From: Candidatus Micrarchaeota archaeon
GTDB taxonomy: Archaea > Micrarchaeota > Micrarchaeia > Anstonellales > Bilamarchaeaceae
DNA: 24,367 nucleotides
Assembly (NCBI GenBank): GCA_037440825.1
Contig: JBBITJ010000005.1
Location: 13,980-38,346 of the forward strand
Reading direction: 5' to 3'
A program made the translations under genes and the position numbers. The notes below the pieces were generated by a model that saw only the letters and a program-made list of their open reading frames with translations, had not been told where the DNA came from and did not search any database. Shown here piece by piece: positions 9,537-17,039 of this stretch (position 1 is its first letter; each line of letters opens with the position of its first letter).

Positions 9537-10046
9537 CTAATCCCCTTTTTTCTTCTTTATCATTCCCATCACAGGGTGGCTGCCGAAGATCCTGGTGTAG
9601 TTCTTTATGAATGCGAGGAACGCCTTGGGCCTTCCTATGACCATCTTCCCATCCATTTTCCTCGTGGGGAACCCGAGCCGCATGAACAGCAGCTCGTCCG
9701 AGCTTCCGAACCTCTCCAGGTACACGATACCCTGCTCGCTTATCCCTCCAACCGCGTCGAACACGCCCGCGAGGTAGTTCGCCGAATACTCGTTTATGTA
9801 CTTGTACCTTTCCAGCTTGCCGTCCTCTATCTCCTGGAAGAATTTCCTGTACTTGCTGTGGTAGAAATAGATTTTCCATTCGTCGGAGAGCAGCTTGTCC
9901 GATTCGGTGAGCTTCTGCTCCAGCACCTGCTGCGCGAAAATCTCCTGCATCTTCTTGTTCCCCTCTATGCCCACTCCTTCCTTGCTGCGCCTCTTCGACC
10001 ACAGCCCTATGAGGTATGAGAGTTCCGGGGTGAGCTTTATCTTCAT
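9537..10046 (-). CDS. Stand-alone LAGLIDADG-fold protein with degenerate catalytic motifs
   Basis: LTPELSYLIGLWSKR and NYLAGVFDAVGG match the two LAGLIDADG helices. The start could alternatively be GTG at 10055. Confidence 0.7.
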   Translation of the reverse strand: MKIKLTPELSYLIGLWSKRRSKEGVGIEGNKKMQEIFAQQVLEQKLTESDKLLSDEWKIYFYHSKYRKFFQEIEDGKLERYKYINEYSANYLAGVFDAVGGISEQGIVYLERFGSSDELLFMRLGFPTRKMDGKMVIGRPKAFLAFIKNYTRIFGSHPVMGMIKKKKGD

Positions 10047-10061
10047 CAATATCACACTTGC

Positions 10062-10523
10062 TCAATGAACAAGCTTTTCCTTCTCTTTCTCCTGCTGCTT
10101 CTGCTCAGGCAGGACTTCCTCCTTCTTCGGAACCACAGCCGCCTTGCTCATCTGTGCCTTGAGCTCCATCGTGAGCAGCTCGTCAACGCTCATCGCGAAC
10201 TTCCTTGCCGCCTTCGCGGAGAGCGAATGCCTTGCGAATATTCCTTCTAGTTCTTTCTTCTCCTCGGCGGAGAATGGCTCCTTGCCTTCCCCTGCACGCC
10301 TGTCCGCGGATTCCAGCAGCGCCGCGAACCTCTTCACATCCGACTCGCTCTGCTCTCCTCCTGCAAGAGTGGAGAGTATGGCCCTTGAGATGATAATATT
10401 CCTCTTTTCTGTCCTGAGAAGCAGCCTTTCCACAGCCCTGGTGTCCTTTTCACCCAGCTTGCCCATGCGCAGCGCGTGCACAACGCGATTCGCAAAAGCC
10501 ACGAACGAATCGTTGACGTTCAT
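10062..10523 (-). CDS. Hypothetical helical protein (153 aa)
   Basis: ATG start, first gene of a tightly packed minus-strand unit, TTTA-rich upstream region. Confidence 0.7.
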   Translation of the reverse strand: MNVNDSFVAFANRVVHALRMGKLGEKDTRAVERLLLRTEKRNIIISRAILSTLAGGEQSESDVKRFAALLESADRRAGEGKEPFSAEEKKELEGIFARHSLSAKAARKFAMSVDELLTMELKAQMSKAAVVPKKEEVLPEQKQQEKEKEKLVH

Positions 10524-10598
10524 TTATATCGGAATAGTGATGTTCTAAATCCTTTAAAACCCTTTTCTACCTAAATATCCTTAGTGGACCCAGGTGAG

Positions 10599-10661
10599 CC
10601 CCGGGTCCCGGGTTTCGAGTTTTGCATTCCAAACTGAAAACCGCAGGCTGGAAACCGCAAA
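10599..10661. repeat. 7-nt-period repeat array upstream of tRNA-Ile
   Basis: ccccggg tcccggg tttcgag ttttgca ttccaaa ctgaaaa ccgcagg ctggaaa ccgcaaa. Confidence 0.7.
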
Positions 10662-10696
10662 TGAAACCCGTTCAACCCAAAAAGCGCCTGCTTTCT

Positions 10697-10927
10697 GGGC
10701 CCGTAGCTCATCCAGGTTAGAGCGATGGTCTTATATGGCGTCCTCTAATACATGTTATTAGATGACTGTCTGAGCTAGCCATAGGTTCGGAGTTCAAATG
10801 TCAGCCCAAGGGGGCAAGCCCCCTTAGTCCGACACCACCCAAACCCCCAAATTTGAGTGGTATCACGTTTCTCGTTTCCGGCAAACCGGAAACTCGAGAC
10901 AGGAAACTGAAATTCTCCGCGGGCCCA
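10697..10927 (+). tRNA. tRNA-Ile(UAU) with two introns: 37/38 (10736-10776, 41 nt) and 59/60 (10799-10913, 115 nt)
   Basis: Acceptor GGGCCCG/CGGGCCC-A, D-stem GCTC/GAGC, anticodon stem ATGGT/GCCAT with loop CT-TAT-A|A, T-stem CGGAG/CTCCG with loop TTCAAA|T. Both junctions form bulge-helix-bulge motifs (central helices CTTA/TGAG and TTCA/TGAA). Confidence 0.93.
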
Positions 10928-10931
10928 ATTT

Positions 10932-10966
10932 TCTTCTGTTTCCAGTCTTCAGTCTCCAGTTTCGCA
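10932..10966. repeat. 7-nt-period repeat array downstream of tRNA-Ile
   Basis: tcttctg tttccag tcttcag tctccag tttcgca. Confidence 0.7.
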
Positions 10967-11013
10967 TGGGGAAAACAGGGGGCGCAGCCAGCAGGAGACA
11001 ACTCCAATTTTTC

Positions 11014-11787
11014 CTACTTGTTTCCCGTTCCGGGTTTCGAGTCCCCGGCTTTCTCCTTCGGCTCCTGCTCCTTGATTATGCCAGCTATGATGTCCTGGTT
11101 GGGCACCTTCTCCACCTGCCTGGGCGCAGGCGGCTGGACCTGAGGAGCGAAAGGCGCCGCAGGCTTCTGCTGCACCTTGGCCGCCTCCTGCCTCTTCCTC
11201 ACGATATAGAATCCATACGCTTGGAGCGCAACTGTGGCGATTCCGAGCCCCACCATCGCTATTTCCGAGATGTTCACGAACGTCTGCCTGCCCACTTTGG
11301 TGAAAAGTCCATTTGCCTGCATTACGAAATGGTAGAACGCGAATATGAACGCCACGTAAGCGAGCCGCTGCACGTTCTTCCAGTTCGGCACGTTTTTCAC
11401 AGCCCAGTCCATGGAAGTCGCAGCTAGAACCACGAATATCACAAGCGCCAGGAGAGCGTAAATTCCGGACTCTATGGCGAGCACGGATTGGAGCTGCCCT
11501 CCATACGTGATCAAGAAAGATATCGCGAAATGCCCGAGCACGAATGCGAACGAGGCGATTCCGACCGCCCTCCTGTGCGCAAGCAGGATCGCGAACTCCT
11601 TGGGCGCGATTATCGCCAGCGGCCCAATCATTAGCGAAGCGCAGAGCAGCAGGAACCCGCCGAGCCCCAGGAACCTCGCGACAGCCGTGGATGGAGGCAC
11701 GTCGAAGAGCGCGTTGTACGCCGCGAGCGCAGCCAATGCGGCAACCATGACCATCCAGAGAAAGCTTCCCTTGTCCATAGATATCAA
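11014..11787 (-). CDS. Ferric reductase-like transmembrane protein (MsrQ/YedZ-STEAP superfamily)
   Basis: About 6 TM helices, HRRAVG, LGHF, LAATS..W, WKNVQRLAY, FYHF. Start either TTG 11787 (overlapping the upstream stop) or ATG 11778. Confidence 0.85.
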   Translation of the reverse strand: MISMDKGSFLWMVMVAALAALAAYNALFDVPPSTAVARFLGLGGFLLLCASLMIGPLAIIAPKEFAILLAHRRAVGIASFAFVLGHFAISFLITYGGQLQSVLAIESGIYALLALVIFVVLAATSMDWAVKNVPNWKNVQRLAYVAFIFAFYHFVMQANGLFTKVGRQTFVNISEIAMVGLGIATVALQAYGFYIVRKRQEAAKVQQKPAAPFAPQVQPPAPRQVEKVPNQDIIAGIIKEQEPKEKAGDSKPGTGNK

Positions 11788-12215
11788 CCTTCACGCCCTG
11801 CCGCATCGAGGGGCTGGCCGAGCTTCCCGATGATGTACGAGTCGAGCACGCTGTCAGCATACCTAGAATGCCTGTGGCTTCTGTTCGCGCCGTGGTATAT
11901 TTCGCTGGCGTCGGTTCCGCAATAGTTCTTGAACTCGTCTCCAGCGGGATGCGTGACGTATGACGTAAGGTCTGCCACATTGCCGTCTATGACCATCCAG
12001 CAGTCCGAACTGGAGTTGTGCCTCGCTACCTCCTCAAGGGTTAGGATGCTGGGCTGTGCAGCGCTTCCGCCTTCGCTTCCCCTGAGCCCTTCTGCGGCGG
12101 GCAGCCCTGCGCTCGGCCTGATCTGCGCAAGATCCACGGGGTTGGCAGTGCAGCCGGCAAGCAGCAGCCCCGCAAGCACAGCAGAAATTACCATGAACAT
12201 TGAATGTGCGCCCAT
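11784..12215 (-). CDS. Cytochrome b5-like heme-binding lipoprotein
   Basis: Lipobox LLAGC, then TLEEVARHNSSSDCWMVIDGNVADLTSYVTHPAG...GTDASEIY...HS..A..L..YIIG, the cytochrome b5 pattern. Start at 12215 or 12200. Confidence 0.88.
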   Translation of the reverse strand: MGAHSMFMVISAVLAGLLLAGCTANPVDLAQIRPSAGLPAAEGLRGSEGGSAAQPSILTLEEVARHNSSSDCWMVIDGNVADLTSYVTHPAGDEFKNYCGTDASEIYHGANRSHRHSRYADSVLDSYIIGKLGQPLDAAGREG

Positions 12216-12263
12216 GCGCTGATTTACCGCTCCCAATTTAAATTAGTTTTCCCAAATTCCATC

Positions 12264-13187
12264 ATGGACGAAAAGCAGTTCAGGGACTACCTCTCGCAGT
12301 TCGCCGACGCGGACAAGATTCTCTCTGCGGAAGTGCGCGACACAATTCGCATAAACACCCTGAAAATCGCGAAGGAGGAATTCTTCGCGACAACCGAAAT
12401 CGAAACAAAACCCACGTTCTACGAATACGGGTTCTATGCAGAAGCGAAGCCCATGGAGCAGAACCCTGAGCCAGACGCCGCAAACGCTGAACCCTTAACC
12501 AGGAGCCGGAAGCCCCGCCTAGGCGCCACGTGGGAATACTTCCTAGGTTACATGCACACCCAGTCCCTCTCATCCATGATACCCTCGCTGGTCCTCAACC
12601 CAGGAGAGCGCGACCTCGTGCTGGACGCAGCTGCATCCCCCGGTTCCAAGACCACGCACATGGCGATGATGATGGGGAACAAGGGCGCGATACTCGCCAA
12701 CGACGTGAACTGGGTGCGCGGCTCTGCCCTGTTCGCCAACCTCGCGCGCCTGGGGGTGCTGAACGTGAAGCTCACCGTCCGCGACGCAACGCGGCTGGGC
12801 ATAAACTCGTATTTCACAAAAGCGCTGGTGGACGTGCCGTGCTCTTCCCTGTCCCAGCCGTTCGCATACAAGAAATTCACCCCCGACCTTTCCTACGAGA
12901 TATCCAAGACGCAGATAAAGATGCTCTTCTCCGCGTACGACGCTCTCGCGGACGGCGGAGAGCTGGTGTATTCCACCTGCACATACGAGAAAGGCGAGAA
13001 CGAGGAAGTCCTGAAGCTCCTGCTGGAAAAGAGGCAGGACGCGAAGCTCGCCGGGCTGGGCGTGGAGTTCCCGCACGATTCCGGGCTCTCGGAATACGGG
13101 AACGAGTTCCGCAAGGTTGCAAGGATTTACCCCTATCACTTCAGCAGCGAGGGCTTCTTCATAGCCAAGGTCAAGAAAGGAGGTTAG
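12264..13187 (+). CDS. RsmB/NOL1/NOP2 family RNA cytosine-C5 methyltransferase
   Basis: IRINTLK, QSLSSMIP, VLDAAASPGSKT, LVDVPCS, LVYSTCT, EGFFIA. Start moved to ATG 12264. Confidence 0.93.
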   Translation: MDEKQFRDYLSQFADADKILSAEVRDTIRINTLKIAKEEFFATTEIETKPTFYEYGFYAEAKPMEQNPEPDAANAEPLTRSRKPRLGATWEYFLGYMHTQSLSSMIPSLVLNPGERDLVLDAAASPGSKTTHMAMMMGNKGAILANDVNWVRGSALFANLARLGVLNVKLTVRDATRLGINSYFTKALVDVPCSSLSQPFAYKKFTPDLSYEISKTQIKMLFSAYDALADGGELVYSTCTYEKGENEEVLKLLLEKRQDAKLAGLGVEFPHDSGLSEYGNEFRKVARIYPYHFSSEGFFIAKVKKGG

Positions 13188-13188
13188 C

Positions 13189-13617
13189 ATGTCCCACGTA
13201 ACTACGTTCCGTGACTATCTTCAACGCCAATTCGGCATCGCCATCCCCAAGGAGGTCGTGCTCAACGAGCAGGAGGGCGTGATACGCGCATATTCCAAAA
13301 CCGTGATGATGATGAAGCCCTCCGGCTACATGGGCTTCGTGGCAGGGAAGGTGAGCACTAAAGGGATCGAGGTCAAGGGGGAGTTCGTCCAGCTTTTCGG
13401 AAAAAGCGCGAGCCGCAACATTCTCGCCCTGGACGAAGCGCAGGCGAAGGATTTCGTGGAAGCGGAATTCGTGCAGGCCGGGGAAGCGGGGGAAGGGTAC
13501 AGGATCGCGAAATTCGGGAGGCACGTGCTGGGCGTGGGCAAGCTGCGCGAAGGAAAGTTCTACCCGGACTTCATCGGGAAGGGCAGGAAGCGCGTGGAGA
13601 ATTCCATGAAGCCTTGA
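13189..13617 (+). CDS. PUA/Nip7-like RNA-binding protein, probable partner of the m5C methyltransferase
   Basis: Starts 1 nt after the methyltransferase stop. FVQLFGKSASRNILALDEAQAKDFV..GYRIAKF....LGVGK resembles RsmF C-terminal/Nip7-type domains. Confidence 0.65.
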   Translation: MSHVTTFRDYLQRQFGIAIPKEVVLNEQEGVIRAYSKTVMMMKPSGYMGFVAGKVSTKGIEVKGEFVQLFGKSASRNILALDEAQAKDFVEAEFVQAGEAGEGYRIAKFGRHVLGVGKLREGKFYPDFIGKGRKRVENSMKP

Positions 13618-13663
13618 TTCCCGGAATCCAAAAACTTAAATTCACTGCTGCAGGTGCAATCCT

Positions 13664-14293
13664 ATGCGCATGCACGTTTTCATAATCGCAATCGCCTCAC
13701 TGCTGCTCGCCTTCGGCTGCGTTTCAGCCCCTGCAGGAGGGAAGAACGAAAGCGGAAGCGAAACCCCGCCCCAACTTCCTGATTTCGAGGTTTCGGTTTC
13801 CCGCGGACGCGGGTTGTCGCCTGTCGCGTGGAGCGATACGATAATCATCAGCTCGAACGGCACAGTGCGGCGCATGCACGCAGTGGGCGGATTCGTTGTA
13901 AACCGGACCATGGCACTCGGCGCGGCAGAGCTGGAAGAGGTGCGCAAGCAGCTCTCGGAGGCGGACCTTTCGGAGCTCGACGTGGAATACTCGTGCAGGC
14001 AGAACTGCCCTGCAGACCTTCCCGGCACGCGCATCAATATCACATACGGCGCAACAGCGAAGTCAGTCTACATCTACATGCCTGAAAGCGTGCCTACAAT
14101 AATAATGCAGCTGGACAGGAAAGCCTACGAGCTCAGCCTGCGCTTCGGCGCGGAGCAGGGCGAATTCTGCGGAGGCATAGCCGCGTTCCAGTGCGCCGAG
14201 GGCCTGGAATGCGTGCTTGACGGCGCGTTCCCCGACGCAGGCGGGATTTGCTCAGCGCCCGGCGGAAACCTGTCCGCGCTCTCTAATATTTAA
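13664..14293 (+). CDS. Lipoprotein with small Cys-rich C-terminal module
   Basis: Lipobox LAFGC, internal CRQNCPADLP, C-terminal CGGIAAFQCAEGLECVLDGAFPDAGGIC. Confidence 0.75.
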   Translation: MRMHVFIIAIASLLLAFGCVSAPAGGKNESGSETPPQLPDFEVSVSRGRGLSPVAWSDTIIISSNGTVRRMHAVGGFVVNRTMALGAAELEEVRKQLSEADLSELDVEYSCRQNCPADLPGTRINITYGATAKSVYIYMPESVPTIIMQLDRKAYELSLRFGAEQGEFCGGIAAFQCAEGLECVLDGAFPDAGGICSAPGGNLSALSNI

Positions 14294-14318
14294 AACACCA
14301 ACCAGCCAATCTATTCCC

Positions 14319-15212
14319 ATGCTTTCAGGAGAAGACAGGGAGGATTTTATCGAGAGCGGCAGGATTGCCGCAAAGGTGCGCGAGGAATCCAGGAAGCTCA
14401 TAATGGTGGACGAATCGCTCCTTGACATAGCCGAAACAGTGGAGCAGATGATCCTGGAGGAAGGCGCCAAGCCCGCATTCCCGCTCAACATTTCAGTGAA
14501 CGAGGAGGCGGCGCATTTCAGCCCGGAATCCGGCTGCGAGCGCACGCTCGGCGAGAGCGACGTGGTCAAGGTGGACATCGGCGTTTCAGTGGACGGCGCG
14601 CTAACAGACACCGCATACACCACGGACCTTTCAGGCAGGTACGGAAAGCTAGTGGAGGCGAGCGAAATGGCGCTCGAAGCAGCCATAAAATTGATGGTCC
14701 CGGGCACGAAAATATCGGAAATTTCCGCCACGATAGAGGAGACGATAAAATCGTACGGCTTCCTTCCCATCTCCAACCTGACAGGGCACATGATACAGAA
14801 AGGTTTGCTTCACGCAGGAGTGGAAGTGCCGAACGTGCGCAGCAGCGTTCCCTACTCGCTCAAGGAAGGGGACGTTTTCGCAATCGAGCCGTTCGCCAGC
14901 ACAGGCAGCGGTTTCGTGCAGGACACGGACCAGGTGGAGATCTTTTCGCTGATAAATCCCAAGCCGCTCAGGCTTCCTCAGGCGCGGAAGATACAGGAAT
15001 TCATAATGAGGGAATACCGCGCGCTCCCGTTCGCGCAGCGCTGGCTGGATGCAAAGCACTCGCGCATAATGGTCAACTCCGCGCTCAAGGAGATGATTTC
15101 CCAGAAAATAGCGGCCGCTTACCCTGTGCTCAAGGATTCCGGCGACGGGCTGGTGAGCCAGGCGGAGCATACCATACTGGTCGAAGAGAAGCCGACGGTG
15201 CTCACAAGATGA
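14319..15212 (+). CDS. map: Type II methionine aminopeptidase
   Basis: AFPLNISVNEEAAHFSP, KVDIGVSVDG..DTA, NLTGH, FAIEPF, SQAEHT. Start moved to ATG 14319. Confidence 0.96.
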   Translation: MLSGEDREDFIESGRIAAKVREESRKLIMVDESLLDIAETVEQMILEEGAKPAFPLNISVNEEAAHFSPESGCERTLGESDVVKVDIGVSVDGALTDTAYTTDLSGRYGKLVEASEMALEAAIKLMVPGTKISEISATIEETIKSYGFLPISNLTGHMIQKGLLHAGVEVPNVRSSVPYSLKEGDVFAIEPFASTGSGFVQDTDQVEIFSLINPKPLRLPQARKIQEFIMREYRALPFAQRWLDAKHSRIMVNSALKEMISQKIAAAYPVLKDSGDGLVSQAEHTILVEEKPTVLTR

Positions 15213-15306
15213 GGTTTCCTGTTCCCATTTCGCCGACATTTCGGCGAAAGGGCCGTAAAGAGCCAGGCTCTTTCCGGTCGGGTTTCCGGTTTCGAACTGT
15301 GATGCG

Positions 15307-16053
15307 ATGACCGACACCAAGCGCAAGTACTATTCCCAGCTCGTCGAATTGCTCAGGAAAGCCGACGTCGCGGTGGAAGTCGTCGATTCCCGCTTCACAG
15401 AGGAGACGAGGATAAAGAAGCTGGAGAATCGGTTCGGCAAAAAACTCCTCATAGCCGCGTCCAAATCCGACCTCATACCGAAGGAGCGCCGCAAGCCGGG
15501 CTACATCTATTTCAGCAGTAGGACGCGCGAAGGGATAAACGAGATACTGGCCAAGGCGTCCGAAATAGGGCGCAACAACCCCTACCGCAGGACCAAGGAA
15601 ACGAAGATGGTCATATTCGGAATGCCGAACGTCGGCAAATCATCCCTCATAAACGCGATACTGAAGAAATATGCGGCAGTCACAGGATTCAGGGCCGGGC
15701 TCACGCATGGCCCGCAGTGGATACGGCTTTCGGAGGATATGATGCTCTGCGACACCGCCGGAGTTGTGGATCTGCGCGAGAACGAGGAATCCATGGCATT
15801 GAAGAGCGCGCTCGACGTCACGGAATTGAAGAGGCCGGAGCAGATCGCAGCCAAGCTCATTTCAAAATCCATGGAGGGCAGCAAGAACCTCCTGTTCATG
15901 TTCTACGGCATCACGAGCGCAGAGGACGCTGAAGACGTTCTCATTCAAATTGCGAAGAAGCGCGGGCTCCTCGGAAAAGGCGGCGTCCCGCTCGTGAACG
16001 AGGCCGCCAAGATGCTTCTGCGCGATTATCAGAAAGGAAAATTCGTGCTCTAG
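15307..16053 (+). CDS. YlqF/RbgA-family circularly permuted GTPase
   Basis: EVVDSR, SKSD (G4 position), GMPNVGKSSLIN (G1), DTAG (G3), IAKKRGLL.KGG.P. Confidence 0.9.
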   Translation: MTDTKRKYYSQLVELLRKADVAVEVVDSRFTEETRIKKLENRFGKKLLIAASKSDLIPKERRKPGYIYFSSRTREGINEILAKASEIGRNNPYRRTKETKMVIFGMPNVGKSSLINAILKKYAAVTGFRAGLTHGPQWIRLSEDMMLCDTAGVVDLRENEESMALKSALDVTELKRPEQIAAKLISKSMEGSKNLLFMFYGITSAEDAEDVLIQIAKKRGLLGKGGVPLVNEAAKMLLRDYQKGKFVL

Positions 16054-16061
16054 GTGGTGCG

Positions 16062-16988
16062 ATGGGTTTGAAACTGCATTCGAAAGGAAGCGGCTTCGAG
16101 CTCTATTCCCTGGAAGCCGACGGCTTTCCTGCGAACAGCTACATCCTATGTTCCGAAGCCGCGCGTTCCATACTCTACCACCCCTACCTTGCAGGAAAGG
16201 AACTGCAGGACACGATGGAAGCTGTGGGAGAGATATTCGCGAAGGCCGCGTCAGCCACAGCGCTCAAAGGAGTGAAGAAATGCGAGCTCGCGGAACTCGT
16301 CTATCTGGCCGGAGGGCTCTTCTACGGCGTGAACGAAGGATTCAAGCGCGTCTGGAATTTCGCGATTCCCCAATGCTTCATCGGGATAGGGCGTGTAAAG
16401 GTTCCGGGAACCGAGGGCGATTTCATCGCCGAGATTGGATACGAAAATTTCGAGGCTCTTCCGGACAACGCGGCCCTCATAATCGGAGACACGATGGCTA
16501 CAGGAGCCACGATGGCCGAGGGCATCCGTTCGCTCGGCAAGGCGCTCAGGAAAAGCGGCAAGAGGATACGGAAGCTGGTGGTTTTCACGCTCGCAGGCGC
16601 CCCCAAGGCTGCGCGGGCCCTGAAGGCGGCAGCGGACGAGCTCTCGAAATCCAATCCCGGGATGGAAACCTGGTTTTTCGCGTGCGAGCAGCTCTTCACA
16701 TTGATGCCGGACGGGACGGATTTGAGGTTTTTTGGTTCGGATTCAATAATTCCCGAACCCACGCGCGCATATACGCTGAAAACGTACGGCGAGTGGCTTG
16801 GCAAGAACATGAAATGCGCCGTATTCGATTGGGGCACGAGGTGCAAGAACCCGGCTGCGCATTACCGCGAATTCATAGAATATGCGGAGCATGCGGCAAA
16901 AGGCGCGCCTCCGGAAGCCAGGGAAAAATTAGAGGGAATGGCGGCATACGCCAAGGCGAAGCTCGGTGAATTATCTGAAAAAATATAG
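16062..16988 (+). CDS. Phosphoribosyltransferase-fold protein of unknown specificity
   Basis: PRPP-binding loop ALIIGDTMATGATM; YLAGGL strand-loop upstream. Confidence 0.7.
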   Translation: MGLKLHSKGSGFELYSLEADGFPANSYILCSEAARSILYHPYLAGKELQDTMEAVGEIFAKAASATALKGVKKCELAELVYLAGGLFYGVNEGFKRVWNFAIPQCFIGIGRVKVPGTEGDFIAEIGYENFEALPDNAALIIGDTMATGATMAEGIRSLGKALRKSGKRIRKLVVFTLAGAPKAARALKAAADELSKSNPGMETWFFACEQLFTLMPDGTDLRFFGSDSIIPEPTRAYTLKTYGEWLGKNMKCAVFDWGTRCKNPAAHYREFIEYAEHAAKGAPPEAREKLEGMAAYAKAKLGELSEKI

Positions 16989-17016
16989 TCCGCAGCCTTG
17001 CAATCAGACTTCAGCC

Positions 17017-17039
17017 TTTATTTTTTGCGAAAAAATAAA
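17017..17039. terminator. AT-rich palindrome at the convergent end of tRNA-Arg
   Basis: tttatttttt-gcg-aaaaaataaa gives a T-tract on both strands directly after the tRNA discriminator base. Confidence 0.55.

Noticed and set aside
9537..10055. Active homing endonuclease or intein
   Set aside because: No catalytic acidic residues, no intein terminal motifs and no host gene around it.
9337..10065. 242-aa alternative-frame ORF (and similarly 10949..11980)
   Set aside because: Overlaps recognisable genes in another frame on the same strand and has no motifs.
10736..10776. C/D-box guide RNA within tRNA introns (as in tRNA-Trp)
   Set aside because: gatga and ctga are present but lie within the BHB helices with no guide spacing. 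No convincing box pairs in the longer introns.
10697..10927. tRNA disrupted by an integrated element (att site) or a split tRNA
   Set aside because: Both interruptions have BHB junctions, there is no duplicated tRNA end or integrase, and all exons are collinear.
10801..11007. 68-aa minus-strand ORF
   Set aside because: Runs antisense across the tRNA-Ile 3' exon, and its sequence (KLETEDWKQK) is just translated heptamer repeats.
10599..11048. Repeat cluster as a CRISPR array
   Set aside because: Units are 7 nt with no repeat-spacer structure, and no cas genes are present.
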